From Malacoraja senta (lineage: Eukaryota), in the NCBI GenBank assembly GCA_038087875.1, contig JAXLNO010000614.1:1-58577 (forward strand): 58,577 nt of DNA, read 5' to 3'. Position 1 is the first letter of the stretch. Each line of letters starts with the position of its first letter. Below the pieces are notes generated by a model that ran no database searches, was not told where the DNA came from, and saw only the letters and a program-made list of their open reading frames with translations. Positions 12,801 through 24,285 of this stretch are shown here, in pieces. A program made the translations under genes and the position numbers.

Positions 12801-14627
12801 TAACATGCTTCTGAAATAAGCTGTTTGGCAATCACAAATGTTTCCATTTTAAAATGTCTAAATTGCACAAAAGGATTCAGATTTATCAAATCTACAAGAA
12901 TCCTACATCCTCCATCCTTTTTTGATCGAGGGAATATTTTTGACACAAATTGGTGACTTTGGTAGACTGATTTTTCAATAACCCCTTTTTTTATATAGGG
13001 TTTCAATTGCAACCTGAACCTCCATCACTTCTTTTTGTACAAAGTGCAGAGTTCGGCTAGGAACATGCTGAACAGGCAAATCATAATTTGGATTGAATTC
13101 AATTCGAAATCCTTGTATATTATTCAGGATTACCACATCTGAAGTAATTTTCTTCCAATTATTATAGAAGAAATGTAACCTGCCTCCAACTTTTGGACTT
13201 AATCCAGTTAGTATGTTCCCATGAGAACCAGGTCCACCTACCTCTTGAGTCATTTCAGTACCCTGAGATTCCTGGGTTCTCCCGGAAGCACGCCCACTGG
13301 TTCTTGCTCCCGCTGCAGACCACCAACTACGTCCCTGCGTTGATGAGCGACTTGGTCCAGGATCCGTATGACGTCTGAAAGGATAATTCCTCTTTACAGA
13401 CTTCACAACCATTGATGTCTTCATCAATCCTGTTTTCGCTTCATCTCCCGAGATCTCTCCAAAGAGTAAGTTGGATAATTTGTATATTACTTGGTTTGCA
13501 GAGTGCTGCGAATTTCGGATTCATAGTAGACCGTATAGCACTTCTCGAAGTGGGTGCTGCATAGCAACCCCAGTGCTTGCTGATGCAACTTCGTCATCTT
13601 TTGGTTGTTACCTGCTATTCTGATAAAAGCAGTTATTCCAGAACCCAGCAGCTTTAATATTCTCTGCAACTGATTCCAGATACTCTTGCAGTCTCATCCA
13701 TTTCATGCTGTTCCAGCTAATGGTAAACCAAGTAATTTATTAAGGAGGCCAGTTCTTCCTAATGGCTCTCCTGACCCTGACGGGGCAGCGAATCCTACTA
13801 CCAGGGTTGGAACATCTGGCAGCTGCCTTTCATCGCCTTGTACAGCCTCACCGTCAGAGTCGGGGTCTGAAATCTCATGACCCGTAGCACGCTCCTCATT
13901 CCTGAGGGTGCATTCCATCAGCCCTGAGCCAGGTGCTGTTAAGCTGCTCCTGCAGCTTGGATTACAGTACACTCCTTCCTGAGTGAACTTTTGCTCCAAC
14001 AACCTATGAAAAAGGCTTCTATTTGGGCAATACGCTCGAAAGCAGTATCTAGCCCTGTACCAGGAGCTGTTTGAGCTGTTTCCAGCAGCTTGGCTTTCAG
14101 AACACTCCTCACTGAGTGAACGTTGCTCCAACAGCCTGTGTAAAAGGCTTTCTATTTGGGCAATACGCTCTAAAGCAGTATCTAGCCCTGGAGCTTCTTC
14201 ATTGCCTGGGACTCCCTCCGTTGGGATTTAAACTTTGTCTTTTGCCTGACAGGCACTGACTGTGTTTTCACCAGCCCCAGGTCCACAGTCGCTATGCTCA
14301 CCGCTGGCGACTGTACCGGGGTTTAGAGGCGGTTGGTCTCTAACCGCGGACTCCCGACTTTCCCGACTTCTGTCGGCTATGTCGCTCGCCTCTTCCCCCT
14401 GTCTGTTTTTTCCCATGGCGTCTGTGGAAAAAATCGCCATAGACCCACAGTAAACGGACCTGGAAAACCTGTAAAAAAGTTTTTACTTACCTTGTAGTTG
14501 AAAAACTACAAACCACTCGAGGAGCTCTGCTCCTCACGTCCGTTTGCGTCAAGGCGTCTGACGTAATGACGCGCAGGCGCACTGACGGACTTCTTCACGT
14601 AGTCACTCACGTGACTCCAAAGTAAAA
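9855..14627 (-). mobile_element. DIRS1-type tyrosine recombinase retrotransposon, copy 1 (gag, RT, RNase H, MT-like, YR; all disrupted)
   Basis: RT: IDLKDAYY, LPNGL, YLDD. RNase H: QTDASA, INYLEL, IDNTT. MT-like: DAFSLHW, YIFPPF, VPDWPTQPW. YR: RVQTL, HSARAA, AAGWS. Inverted terminal repeats and an internal complementary region are present. Confidence 0.95.
10087..10200. repeat. DIRS1 internal complementary region (ICR), copy 1
   Basis: First part is the reverse complement of terminus ~9855-9933. Second part is the reverse complement of terminus ~14593-14627. They are fused through CTATT/TTAC. Confidence 0.92.
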
Positions 14628-15164
14628 CACTGTTTTAACCCATCGTTTATTCCATCCATTACCTGATGTAAGTAAAATGAACCAAACTTCCTGATAATTT
14701 TTCAACGTGAAAGGATTTATTTCCCCCCTCTATTTACATTGGTAATTGCAAAGGTAAAACACTTACCTTTTTGTCCAAATGGCCATGAATGACACAGGCT
14801 TCACTCAGTTTATTAATGGATTTGCAGGTTAAATGACAAATCTGCCTCTCCTGGAAAAAATACTGAAATAATATCAATACATCAATGAGTATTGGTATTA
14901 GTTGTCTCTGGAATACCAGTGATGTAAATTTAGCTTTGTTTCTGCAAGCTTTTAAAACTTAAAGCCACCAGCCAGCTGCAAGGGGTTTTAGCCCAGTCAG
15001 AAACTAACACCTTAACTTGGGGAAGCCACAAGTTAGCGATGGTCACTGGGGTCCAATCAGTCTATATTTGTCTGTGTTCAATGCTGTCTTTCTGAATGAC
15101 GTGTCTTCCTGTGGCACAAAACTGATTGAGGATGACTGGTTCTTTCCTGGCTGCTCTGATCCAG

Positions 15165-15271
15165 ATTTGATCTCAGAACTGCAGGAGCTGGAGGAGGAAC
15201 TGGGGGATCTTCAGAGACGAGGACAGGATCAAGGATGGACAAAGCAGACCACGGCTGACCAAAAGCTTATG
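15165..15271 (+). pseudogene. GOLGB1: GOLGB1-like exon (DLISELQELEEELGDLQRRG...QKLM), with upstream in-frame LIEDDWFFPGCSDP extension from ~15120
   Basis: CCAG| acceptor is phase 1 and joins exon 5733-5877 in frame; donor ATG|GTTTAT. EDDWFFPGCSDP is recalled from fish GOLGB1. Confidence 0.7.
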
Positions 15272-15433
15272 GTTTATGCTCAGTCTGAAACTTTCAGTTT
15301 AAACTTTGATTTTATATATCTGTGGAAATTTAATGCTAGAGTTCACTCGACATTTTACGCTGTTATTAATTTTAAGCTTTACCAAGGTTGAATAAAATAT
15401 TTTTCTGTTTTGGGACGGGGGGGGGGGGGGGGA

Positions 15434-15733
15434 GGCAGCACAGTGGCACAGTGGCAGAGTTGCTGCCTTACAGCACCAGATTCCCGGGTTCGATCCTGAC
15501 CAGGGGTGCTGTCTGTACCGAGTTTGTACGTTCTCCACGTGGCCATATGGGTTTTCTCCGGGTGCTACTGTTTCCTCCAACACTCCAAAGGCGTACAGGT
15601 TTGCAGGTTAATTGGCTTTGGTAAAACTTGTAAATTGTCCCTAGTGTGCAGGATAGTGTCCGGGGTGATCGCTGGTCGGCCTGGACTCATTGGGCCGAAG
15701 GGCCTGTTTCCTGCTGCATCTCGAAAGTCTAAA
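15434..15733 (+). mobile_element. HE1-type tRNA-derived V-SINE
   Basis: A box (TGGCACAGTGG), B box (GGTTCGATCC), V-core GGGTTTTCTCCGGGTGCT, LINE-like tail GGGCCGAAGGGCCTGTTTC. Confidence 0.88.
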
Positions 15734-16429
15734 GCTTTCAGTAGTTTTGAGAATGGTAAATATATATTGAGAGTTGCTAAACTGAAAAAGCCTTCAACTC
15801 AATTTTCAGTGCCATTATAAGTTGGACTGAGATGGCTGGCCTCATACAATGAGAACGCATTATATCAAGCACATGTTCAATTTGTAATATTAAAAGTAAA
15901 ATGACAAACAATAGAGACAGAAGTATACTTTTGGAAATCACTGACAAATCTGGAAAGTACAACAATATTTGTCATTTTACCGAATTTACCCCTTTATATA
16001 TAAACATTTGAATAGTTCAACATAAAGATCAGTTTTGGACATAATGGGCAAAAGCATGGCTTCTGGCGTTGTGACAACCTGATCAATTTTAACTCCCAAT
16101 TTTTATGTTTGGTGTTCATAATCATTGGGTTCCATCCAGTGTGCACAGTATCTCTGTCTCTGTTACTACCGATAATTTACGGATTTGTATTTTTCAAGGG
16201 AAGTATTTAAAATACATCAAAGCAAATTAGTAGAGCGTTCGTGAATTCATTTTAGCTTGATACCAAATAACTACATTTGGGAAATTTAAAGGGTTGATAA
16301 TACAGCAACTTTGTTGTTCCGTGATACAAATATATTGTGAATTCTTGTGCGAGGAAGTAAACGTTTCTATTATTATTTAGGATACTATTATTTATGAGGA
16401 AATAAAACTTTAAGTCACAAACAGAACAT

Positions 16430-16875
16430 TTTCATGTTTTATACCTTCTGGCCAAAGTACAGCAAGTGAAGATGTAAACTGAGCAATAGTTGAGCTGTGT
16501 GACTTCTCCAATACTTCCGATGTCAACAACTACTCCTTTGATGGTTGACCTGCCGCCAGTGTACAGATGACCACATTGGCAGCATATCTCCCCACAGCAT
16601 CGATTGTCTTGTCTATTGACATCCATATTTTGTTGCATGCAACTGCATCTCTAATTTTCTGCACAACAATGTTGAAGTTGCTGTCAACATAAATTTTCTG
16701 TAATGGCTCGCTTGGTATATGTTCCTCTATGTATTTCTCTAAAAAACCTCTGAGAGATTTGTTTTCCAATTTCCACTGTGGAATTCCAGCATCAATGAAT
16801 GCATTGCACAGATCACTTGAAAACTCAGATTTGCGACTGGAGCCAGCAGTAAATGTCGTGAGGAGACAAGCTTGG
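16430..16875 (-). mobile_element. hAT/CGGBP1-like DNA transposase fragment
   Basis: FSSDLCNAFIDAGIP...LRGFLEKY...IWMSIDKTIDAVGRYAANVVI resembles the N-terminal core of CGGBP1-like hAT transposases (W-x-S-I-D-E-T-x-D). Confidence 0.6.
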
Positions 16876-16876
16876 G

Positions 16877-17151
16877 TATTTCGCTTGGGTAGTCTACACC
16901 CCAGCGGTATCAACATTCTCTAATTGTATATAGTCTTCTCCCTCCTCCCCCTCCCCTTCCCAGCTCTCCTTCTAGTCCTACTGTCTCCGCCTCTTCCTTT
17001 CTTTTTCCCGCCCACCCACATCAGTCTGAAGAAGGGTCTCGACCCGAAACATTGCCTATTCCTTTTCTCCATAGATGCTGCCTCACCTGCTGAGTTCCTC
17101 CAGCATTTTTTGTCTACCTTCGATTTTTCCAGCATCTGCAGTTCTTTCTTA
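16877..17151 (+). mobile_element. Penelope-like element 3' fragment (GIY-YIG C-terminus + pLTR with hammerhead core)
   Basis: FRLGSLHPSGINI is the Penelope GIY-YIG C-terminal motif. A pyrimidine tract follows, then CTGAAGA-AGGGTCTCGACCC-GAAAC at 17026-17050. Confidence 0.8.
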
Positions 17152-17309
17152 ACTAGATCTTGGAGAAGATTGAACCAGCAGGCAGTGGCACGAACGAATG
17201 AATGGCTGACTGTGGCGCCCCCGGTTTCGCCCCGGTGGTGGAAGTTTTCTTGTAAGTTATACTATGTTAACACGTTAATAATAAAATTAATATTAACGTG
17301 TTAACATAG

Positions 17310-17622
17310 AAAACGTCTGCTGAAGGTCATGACTTGCAGGGCCAACGTCCAGAAAACTGATGGAGTTGTGTTGTTGCAGAACCAAATGGATGCTTTGAAT
17401 ATTGATAAAGAAAGTCTTCAGAATGAGAATAAAGAACCTCACACATCTTTAAGTAGGTGGACTGCTGAGCACAGTCAACTGCAGGGGAAGGTGAATGAGA
17501 ATGAACTCGCAACACATCTTGTGCGGGATCAGGCACAGGCATTCGACACTGAAAATTGTAGGCTTAAAGCAGAACTTGAAGAGATGAAGTCTGCATTTCA
17601 AAGTAAAGTTGGTGAATTTACG
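17310..17622 (+). pseudogene. GOLGB1: GOLGB1-like coiled-coil large-exon remnant, 5' of the Rex1 insertion
   Basis: Heptad-rich LQNQMDALNIDKESLQNE...LKAELEEMKSAFQSKVGEFT. The frame resumes at 20053 (QKEGLITSLNKDV). Confidence 0.65.
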
Positions 17623-20052
17623 ATTATGATTATGATTATACCTTTAATAATCCTTTGCAGGAAATTACAATGCCACGACAGCTTCAAGACAGACATAACA
17701 CCACAAATAGCTTCCATACTTAACAAGTTAAAATACAAGTTAAAATACAATTAATTTAAAAAAGTGCAGTTATTTATGCGCATTATATAACCTTATCGCA
17801 GCTGGTAAACAGGACTTCCTATGTCTCTCCGTTTTGCACATTGGTGCAATCAGTCTCTGACTGAAGCTGCTGCTCTTGATCACCTTCAGGGCATGGAGTG
17901 GGTGAGTGGGGTTGGTCATTATAGAACCCAGTTTTTTCAGAGTTCTGGCCTCTGCCACCTGCTGGACCGTTCGTTGCTCAGCCCCGACCACTGAGCCGGC
18001 CTTCCTGATCAGTTTGTCCAGTCTGTTTTTGTCCGCTATGCGAACGCCATCTCCCCAACAGGCCACTGCAAAAAACAGAGCACTGGCCATCACTGAATGG
18101 TAGACACTGCACAGTAGGGGTTGGCAGATGTTAAATGCCCTCAGCCTCCTTAAAAAATACAGTCGGCTTTGTCCCTTCCTGTACACCGCCTCCATATGAC
18201 ACTTCCAGTCCAGCTCCCTGTCAAGCTGCACACCAAGGTACCTGTGGTTAGCGACCACCTCCACCTCAGTGCCCTTAATGGTGATTGGTGTTGCTTGAGT
18301 CTTCCTCCTCCCTCTCCTGAAGTCCACAACTATCTCCTTGGTTTTTGTGGTGTTAAGATGGAGGTTATTGAGTGCACTCCACTCCACAAAGTTACTTATT
18401 ATGTCTCTGTACTCCTCCTCATTGCCCCCTTTAATGAGGCCGACAACAGCTGTGTCATCCGAAAACTTCTGCAAAAAGCAGCTGTTGGTGTTATATCGGA
18501 GATCCGCTGTGTAGATGGTAAACAGGAATGGAGCCAGCACAGTTCCTTGTGGAGCCCGTGTGCTGCTCAAGATGGTACTTGAGACATTGTTCTGTAGGCG
18601 CACGTACTGTGGTCTGATGGAAAGGTAATCCAAACACCACAGTACCAGTGATGGATCGACTTTCATCTTCTCCATCTTCTCCCCTAGCAGTCGGGGCTGA
18701 ATTGTGTTGAAGGCGCTTGAGAAGTCAAAAAATGTAATCCTTACAGATGCATCAGTAGTGTCCAAATGTGTGTACACCCTCTGCAGCATGTAAATGAGGG
18801 CATCATCGACACTGATGTTAGGCTGATATGCAAACTGTAAAGGATCCATTTGATTTGACACACTAGTCCTGATGCAGGAAAGGACAAGTCTCTCAAATCT
18901 CTTCATAATATGTGAAGTGAGCGCTACTGGTCTGTAGTCATTGTGGTGAGTGGGATGGGTCTTCTTTGGGACAGGTACCAGGCAAGATGTTTTCCACAGC
19001 CTTGGAACCTTCTGTAGACGCAAGCTCAGGTTGAACAGGTGTGTTAGAATACCACACAGCTCTGAAGAGCAGGTCTTCAGTAGCCTTGGGCTGGTGTCAT
19101 CAGGCCCCACTGCTTTCCCTGGCTTCAGTCTGTCCAGCATCATCTTGACCTGAGCAGTATGAAGAGTCATAGGTGGAGCTGCTGGTGGAGTGGGAGGTGG
19201 AAAGAGGGGACTCCGTACAGGTGACATCTCAGGAGTGATGGGGATGATGGAGAGAGGGAGAGGAAGTGGAGAGGAAGCAGCAATGGTCAGCAGACCAGGT
19301 GGTGGGGGCTGGGGTGGTGTGGGGCAGTCAAATCTGTTGACAAATCTGTTGAGATCATCAGCCAGACTCTGTTCACCATCAGGCAGTGTACCACCCTTCT
19401 GCTTCATGCCCGTGATCTTTCGCATTCCAGCCCATACCTGCTTCACCCCATCTTGCTGCAGCAGTCGTTCTAATTTGAGCCTATAGTCTTCCTTCCCCTC
19501 CTTAATCCTCACCTTCAGTTCCTTTTGAAGTTCTTTGATTTTATTCTTGTCGCCCTCCCTGAAAGCCTTTTTCTTCTCATTTAGTAAGGCCTTCAGGCTG
19601 CTGGTAATCCACGGTTTGTTATTAGGGTAGCAACGAATTACCCTGGATGGCATGATGTCATCATAACAGAAATTGATGTAATGGGTAATGCATTCTGTTA
19701 GTCCGTCAATGTCTTCCCCATACTCCCCACAGAACACATCCCAATCTGTTGTCTCAAAACAGTACCTCAGGGCTTCATCTGCCTCAGGATACCAGTCTCT
19801 TGATGTTCTGGTGGTGACAGGCAGCTGGGGTGTAAGAGGGAGAGAGATGTAGCATGTCGTGGTCTGATCGGCCAAGAGGGGGCAGTGCAGTACATTTGTA
19901 TGCATTTTTCACATTTGCATACAAAAGATCCAGCGTTTTATCACCTCTGGTTGTACAGTCAATAAACTGTTTAAAAGTGGGCAAAGTCTTAGAGAGACAG
20001 ACATGGTTGTAATCTCCAGACACAACAATGAACGCCTCAGGATCGATTGTCA
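17623..20052 (-). mobile_element. Rex1/Babar-type LINE, 5'-truncated, with long open RT and (CATAAT)n tail
   Basis: ORF 17770-19905: CFETTDW, YINFC, NNKPW, DYRPVALTS, DPLQFAY, FDFSSAFNTI, APQG, KFSDDT. APE remnant GDYNH/LGRSDH in 19784-20077. Confidence 0.92.
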
Positions 20053-21125
20053 CAGAAAGAGGGGCTGATAACCTCATTAAACAAAGACGTAAATGATTTA
20101 AATGCTGCCACTGCGTAGCTTACATTGGAACTAGAAGACATGTCATTGAATCAGCAAGCAAATTTACTGCAACAGCTCCAAGCCAAAACTTGAGCAGTTG
20201 GGCCAGATGATTTCAGGGTTGCAACATCAGGAGCAAGTTCTGGTGTGTGAAGCAGGTCAGCTCAAGCAGACTCTGCAAGAGAAAGATAAATCCCTGCAAC
20301 AGCAGGGAGATGAGCCTGGACATCTCCAGAAGAAAGCTGCAGAACACCATGCTCTGGAAATGCAATCCATACAAAACATCAAACTTCCAAACTTCAAAGT
20401 CAAATCCAAGACGACCTTGAAACCTCACAAACTGAAGCACACCATCGAGGAGAGAGACTTGCTGCTGGCCTGAAAAGTGGAAGATTGTGTCAAACTCAGG
20501 ACGGTCCATTCTGAAATGGACGACACCGTTTCACAACTTAAAGCGCAATTGGCAGCCGCCAGTTCTGAAGCTGAGAGGTTGAAATGTGTTATTAAGGAAA
20601 ATAAATTGTCTCTCTCTCAAATAAAGGAGCACGCAGCAGCTTGCAAAGAGGAGGAGAGGCAGAGGCTTCTCTCCGAAGCTGATCGTATATCCACAGAGAA
20701 ACAGAACCTGAACATTGCCTGTGAAAGTCTGAAGCATACACTGGATATCCTAACTCACGAGAAACAATAATATTCTCAACAGTTGGATTCACTGAAAAAC
20801 TCCCAGATGGCACAGTTGTCAGAGTGGAAGACCAAGCACGACGAATTAAAGCACGAATATGAATCCCTTTCGCAATCCTATGAAAATATTGGCGATGAGA
20901 TGGATAAGATGAGGCAAATAGTTGAGACGGCAAGAAAAGAGAAACAGGAGGTGATGTTCAAGCTCCGCGATGTAGAAGCCAAACGACAAAACATGGAGAG
21001 ACAGCTTGAGGAAGCTGGTGCCGAAAATGAAAAAATAAAGGACAAAATGAGAACGTTTACCAAATCCAAGCAGCTGCGAGTTCAGGAGGTTGAGGAAGAG
21101 ATTGAAAGAATTAATAAATTGAGCA
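20053..21125 (+). pseudogene. GOLGB1: GOLGB1-like coiled-coil exon remnant with stops, frameshifts and deletions
   Basis: KHDELKHEYESLSQSYENIGDEMDKMRQIVETARKEKQE...KDKMRTFTKSKQLRVQEVEEE matches giantin EYE.LLQSYENVS.E...KEKMRKFAKSKQQKILELEEE. In-frame TAG/TGA/TAA are present. Confidence 0.85.
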
Positions 21126-21330
21126 GGATACTAAATCTCAAGGTACTAAAGATGAAGCCATGACATTGCTCATTGATGGGACTTGTTCCTCAGGATGCAT
21201 ATGATGACTAAATATTTGTGATTTTATGTTATAATTTAAAAGATTCCAAGATAGACACAGCAAAGATATGTAGTAATCTTGTTTTGCATTCATGTGTGTA
21301 TAAAGATTGAGCACTATTTTCATTTTGCAG

Positions 21331-21425
21331 GAAAATGAAGAACTGGAAACCCTTCAGCAAGCAACACAGCAGGAGCGCACAGAGCAAGATCCGTCCTCCT
21401 GCAAGAATGAATTGGCTGAGCTAAG
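21331..21425 (+). pseudogene. GOLGB1: GOLGB1-like exon (ENEELETLQQATQQERTEQDPSSCKNELAELR)
   Basis: TTTTCATTTTGCAG acceptor, AG|GTTTGG donor; resembles the giantin late exon ending EV.ELR. Confidence 0.6.
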
Positions 21426-21699
21426 GTTTGGTTCTACTTGGACTGGGATATCAGTTGCATTTCTATTGTGCCATACGATCAAATGGGAATATCCCTTGAT
21501 TCTTTGGCCAGCTAACTATGAAGTGTTGGTGATGGTAGCAAACACAGCAGTTAATTTTCGTAGGGTGGTGTCGTAAAGCCACAAATTATTCAACTCCTTG
21601 ACGAAGGAGAATCCGTCTGGTTAAAGGAGGAGGACACTCTGTTGCGAATGGCTGGAACGGCTTCCTTTAGTTTGTTTTACATTAGTTTAGTTTAGAGAG

Positions 21700-23290
21700 A
21701 ATTGAAATCCAAGCTGACTATCAACACGCATTTGGGATTGTTTCAGTTCAATAGGCTCCCATATGGCATATCATCAGCCCCAGTGATTTTTCAAGGGTTT
21801 ATGACACAAATTCTAGACGGAATTGAAGGTGTGGTGCGTTACTTGGATGACATCCTCATCTCAGCCCCTGGCAGGCAGACACATGATGAAAGGTTGGAAG
21901 TGGTACTCAAATGCCTTGAGACACACAATGTAAGAGTGAAGGCACAAAAGTGTGAGTTCTTTCAGAACTAGGTAGAGTACTTGGGTCATAAGATAGACAA
22001 GGATAGTCTACACCCAACCAAGGGTAAAGTCGATGTGATCAAGAACCCGCCCACTCCCAGAAACATATCTGAGATATGACCCTTTTTAGGATAAGTGCAT
22101 TATTGTGGGAAGTTCGTGCCAAGTCTGTCCACCTGTTTACATCCCTTGAACGAGATCTTGAGAAAAGATGTACCATGGAAGTGGACACGTGAATGTGACC
22201 AAGCTTTCAAGTGATGTAAAGCTCAGTTGGCAGAGAGTACAATACTTGTTCATTACGATGTAAATAATCCAATTATGTTAGCATGTGATGGTTCACCATA
22301 CGGTGTTGGTGCTGTGATCTCTCATGGGCTAGAAAATGGAGAGGAGAGGCCTATTGCATTTGCGTCTAGTACACTCAGTTACAAATAGAGCGAGAGGATC
22401 TTGCATATATTTTTGGCATTACGAAGGTTTCACAAATACTTGTATGGTAGAAGGTTTGTAATCGAGACAGATCACTAGCCGTTGAGAGCGATCCTAAATC
22501 CAAAAGCACACATACCAACTCTGGCAGCAGACAGAATCCAAAGATGGGCATTGATATTGTGTGCAATGCTGACGCCATATCGAGATTACCTTTGGAATCA
22601 GAGGTTACCCAAACGGAGAGAACGTGTTTTAATTCTCTCATGTAGATGAGTTACCTATCCCTTCAGGGGACATTCGGAAGGCTACTCGCACTGACAGACT
22701 TTTGTCAAGAGTGCAGGAGTATGTTATAAATGGATGGCCAAACAAATTGCCGGATTCAGAGGCAGAATTGAAACCATTTTTTTTGTACGTAGGAATGAAC
22801 TCTCAGTAGACCAAGAGTATGTCATGTGGGGAGTGAGAGTTGTAATCCCTGAAAGATACGGAGTAAAATTGCTCAGAGATCTTCATGATCAGCATTTGGG
22901 AATGTGTCTCAAAGAGTCTGGCTAGAAGCTATCTATGGTGGCCTGGTGCAGAGTTAGATGGACAACAATTGTTCATTGTGATTGATAGTCACTCCAAGTG
23001 GGTTGAGATATTTCCAATGAACAAAACAATAGACATTTTGCGAGAATTGTTTGCGTCCTATGGATTTCCAGAGGAAATTGTGTCTGATAACGGACCTCAA
23101 TTTTGTTCACAAGAGTTTGCACAATTCATGAAAGGGAATGGTGTAAAACACACTAGGGTCACTCCATACCATTCCGCTTCAAATGGCGCAGCAGAACGCA
23201 CAGTGCAAATTTTGTAGTGTACATTAGTCAAACAACTGCTCGATCCAAATCCAAAGAAAAGACAGTTGACTCTGTTTCACAAACTGGCTA
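21700..23290 (+). mobile_element. Gypsy/Ty3 (Mag/K02A2.6-like) pol remnant: RT, RNase H, integrase; no LTRs seen
   Basis: TINTHLGLFQFNRLPYGISSAP, YLDDIL, LACDGSPYGVGAVISH, IVSDNGPQF, PYHSASNGAAER. Confidence 0.9.
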
Positions 23291-23523
23291 ACGAGATGAT
23301 GAACTAAGGAGAGGTTCTGCAGAGGAAGCATTGCTTGTAGTTGAATTGAGTCACTGAGTTCAATGTAGCGGCTTGTTTGCTAACATGGTAATAAAATGGC
23401 ACATCCATTTTGCCCATCACTTTTAGCAACCTTGGAAAAATAAGATGTCATTAGTCTTTGGACACACTAATGACATCTTATTCTTCCAAGGTTGTTAAAA
23501 GACACATGTTAGTTACTTTCGGC

Positions 23524-23818
23524 TTTAGACTTTAGAGATGCAGCGTGGAAACAGGCCCTTCGTCCTACTGAGTCTGCGCCGACCAGCAATCATCCCGTAC
23601 ACTAGCGCAATCCTACACACTAGGGACAAATTACAATTTTAACCAAGCCAAATAGCCTACAAACCCTCATGTTTTTGGGATGTGGGAGGAAACCAGAATA
23701 CCCGGAGGAAACCTACGCAGTAACAGGGAGAAGTTGCAAACTCCACACAAACAGCACCTACAGTCAGGATTGAACCTTGGTCTCTGGCGCTGTAAGGCAG
23801 CAATTCTGCCCCCACTGT
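23524..23818 (-). mobile_element. HE1-type V-SINE
   Basis: Reverse complement of the SINE at 15434-15733, with a CTAAAGTCTAAAG tail. Confidence 0.85.
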
Positions 23819-24285
23819 TACTTGATAGAATCTGAAGAACCATGTGTACACAATGTGGGTGAAATTACAGAATTCTGCTTGGAGTAGCACTGAACGATTT
23901 ATCCACTTAATGCACCCCCCTTTCCTCTTTGACATGCACCTTTGAATTGTTTTTTAATAAATATATTATTTTTTTAGTCTTTTTTACCACTTTTCAAGGG
24001 AATATAACCTAGGTCATAATTTACTGAAATAAAAATAATTTCTCCTCCTCTTCCCCTGGCATTTTTGCTACTATACCCTTCCTCCAATTCAAGAAATGGT
24101 CTTTCCTGTTCGGCTCCATCAAACCGCTTGTAGAGAAATCCACTGACTGCAGAAAGCAGCTGCTTCAAAGTCCTTGGAGAAGATTCCTTGAAAGCCATAT
24201 GTTCTTCCAGCCCTTGGTATCTATGACATTTCATTGAGATGGTGGGGTTACTGTGTTACCGTTTATACTGCTGTTTTCTTTCCAG

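Noticed and set aside
15434..15500. tRNA gene
   Set aside because: tRNA-derived head of an HE1-type SINE; continues into the V-core and LINE tail.
23974..24234. 86-aa minus-strand ORF in a GOLGB1-like intron
   Set aside because: No recognisable motif or splice support.
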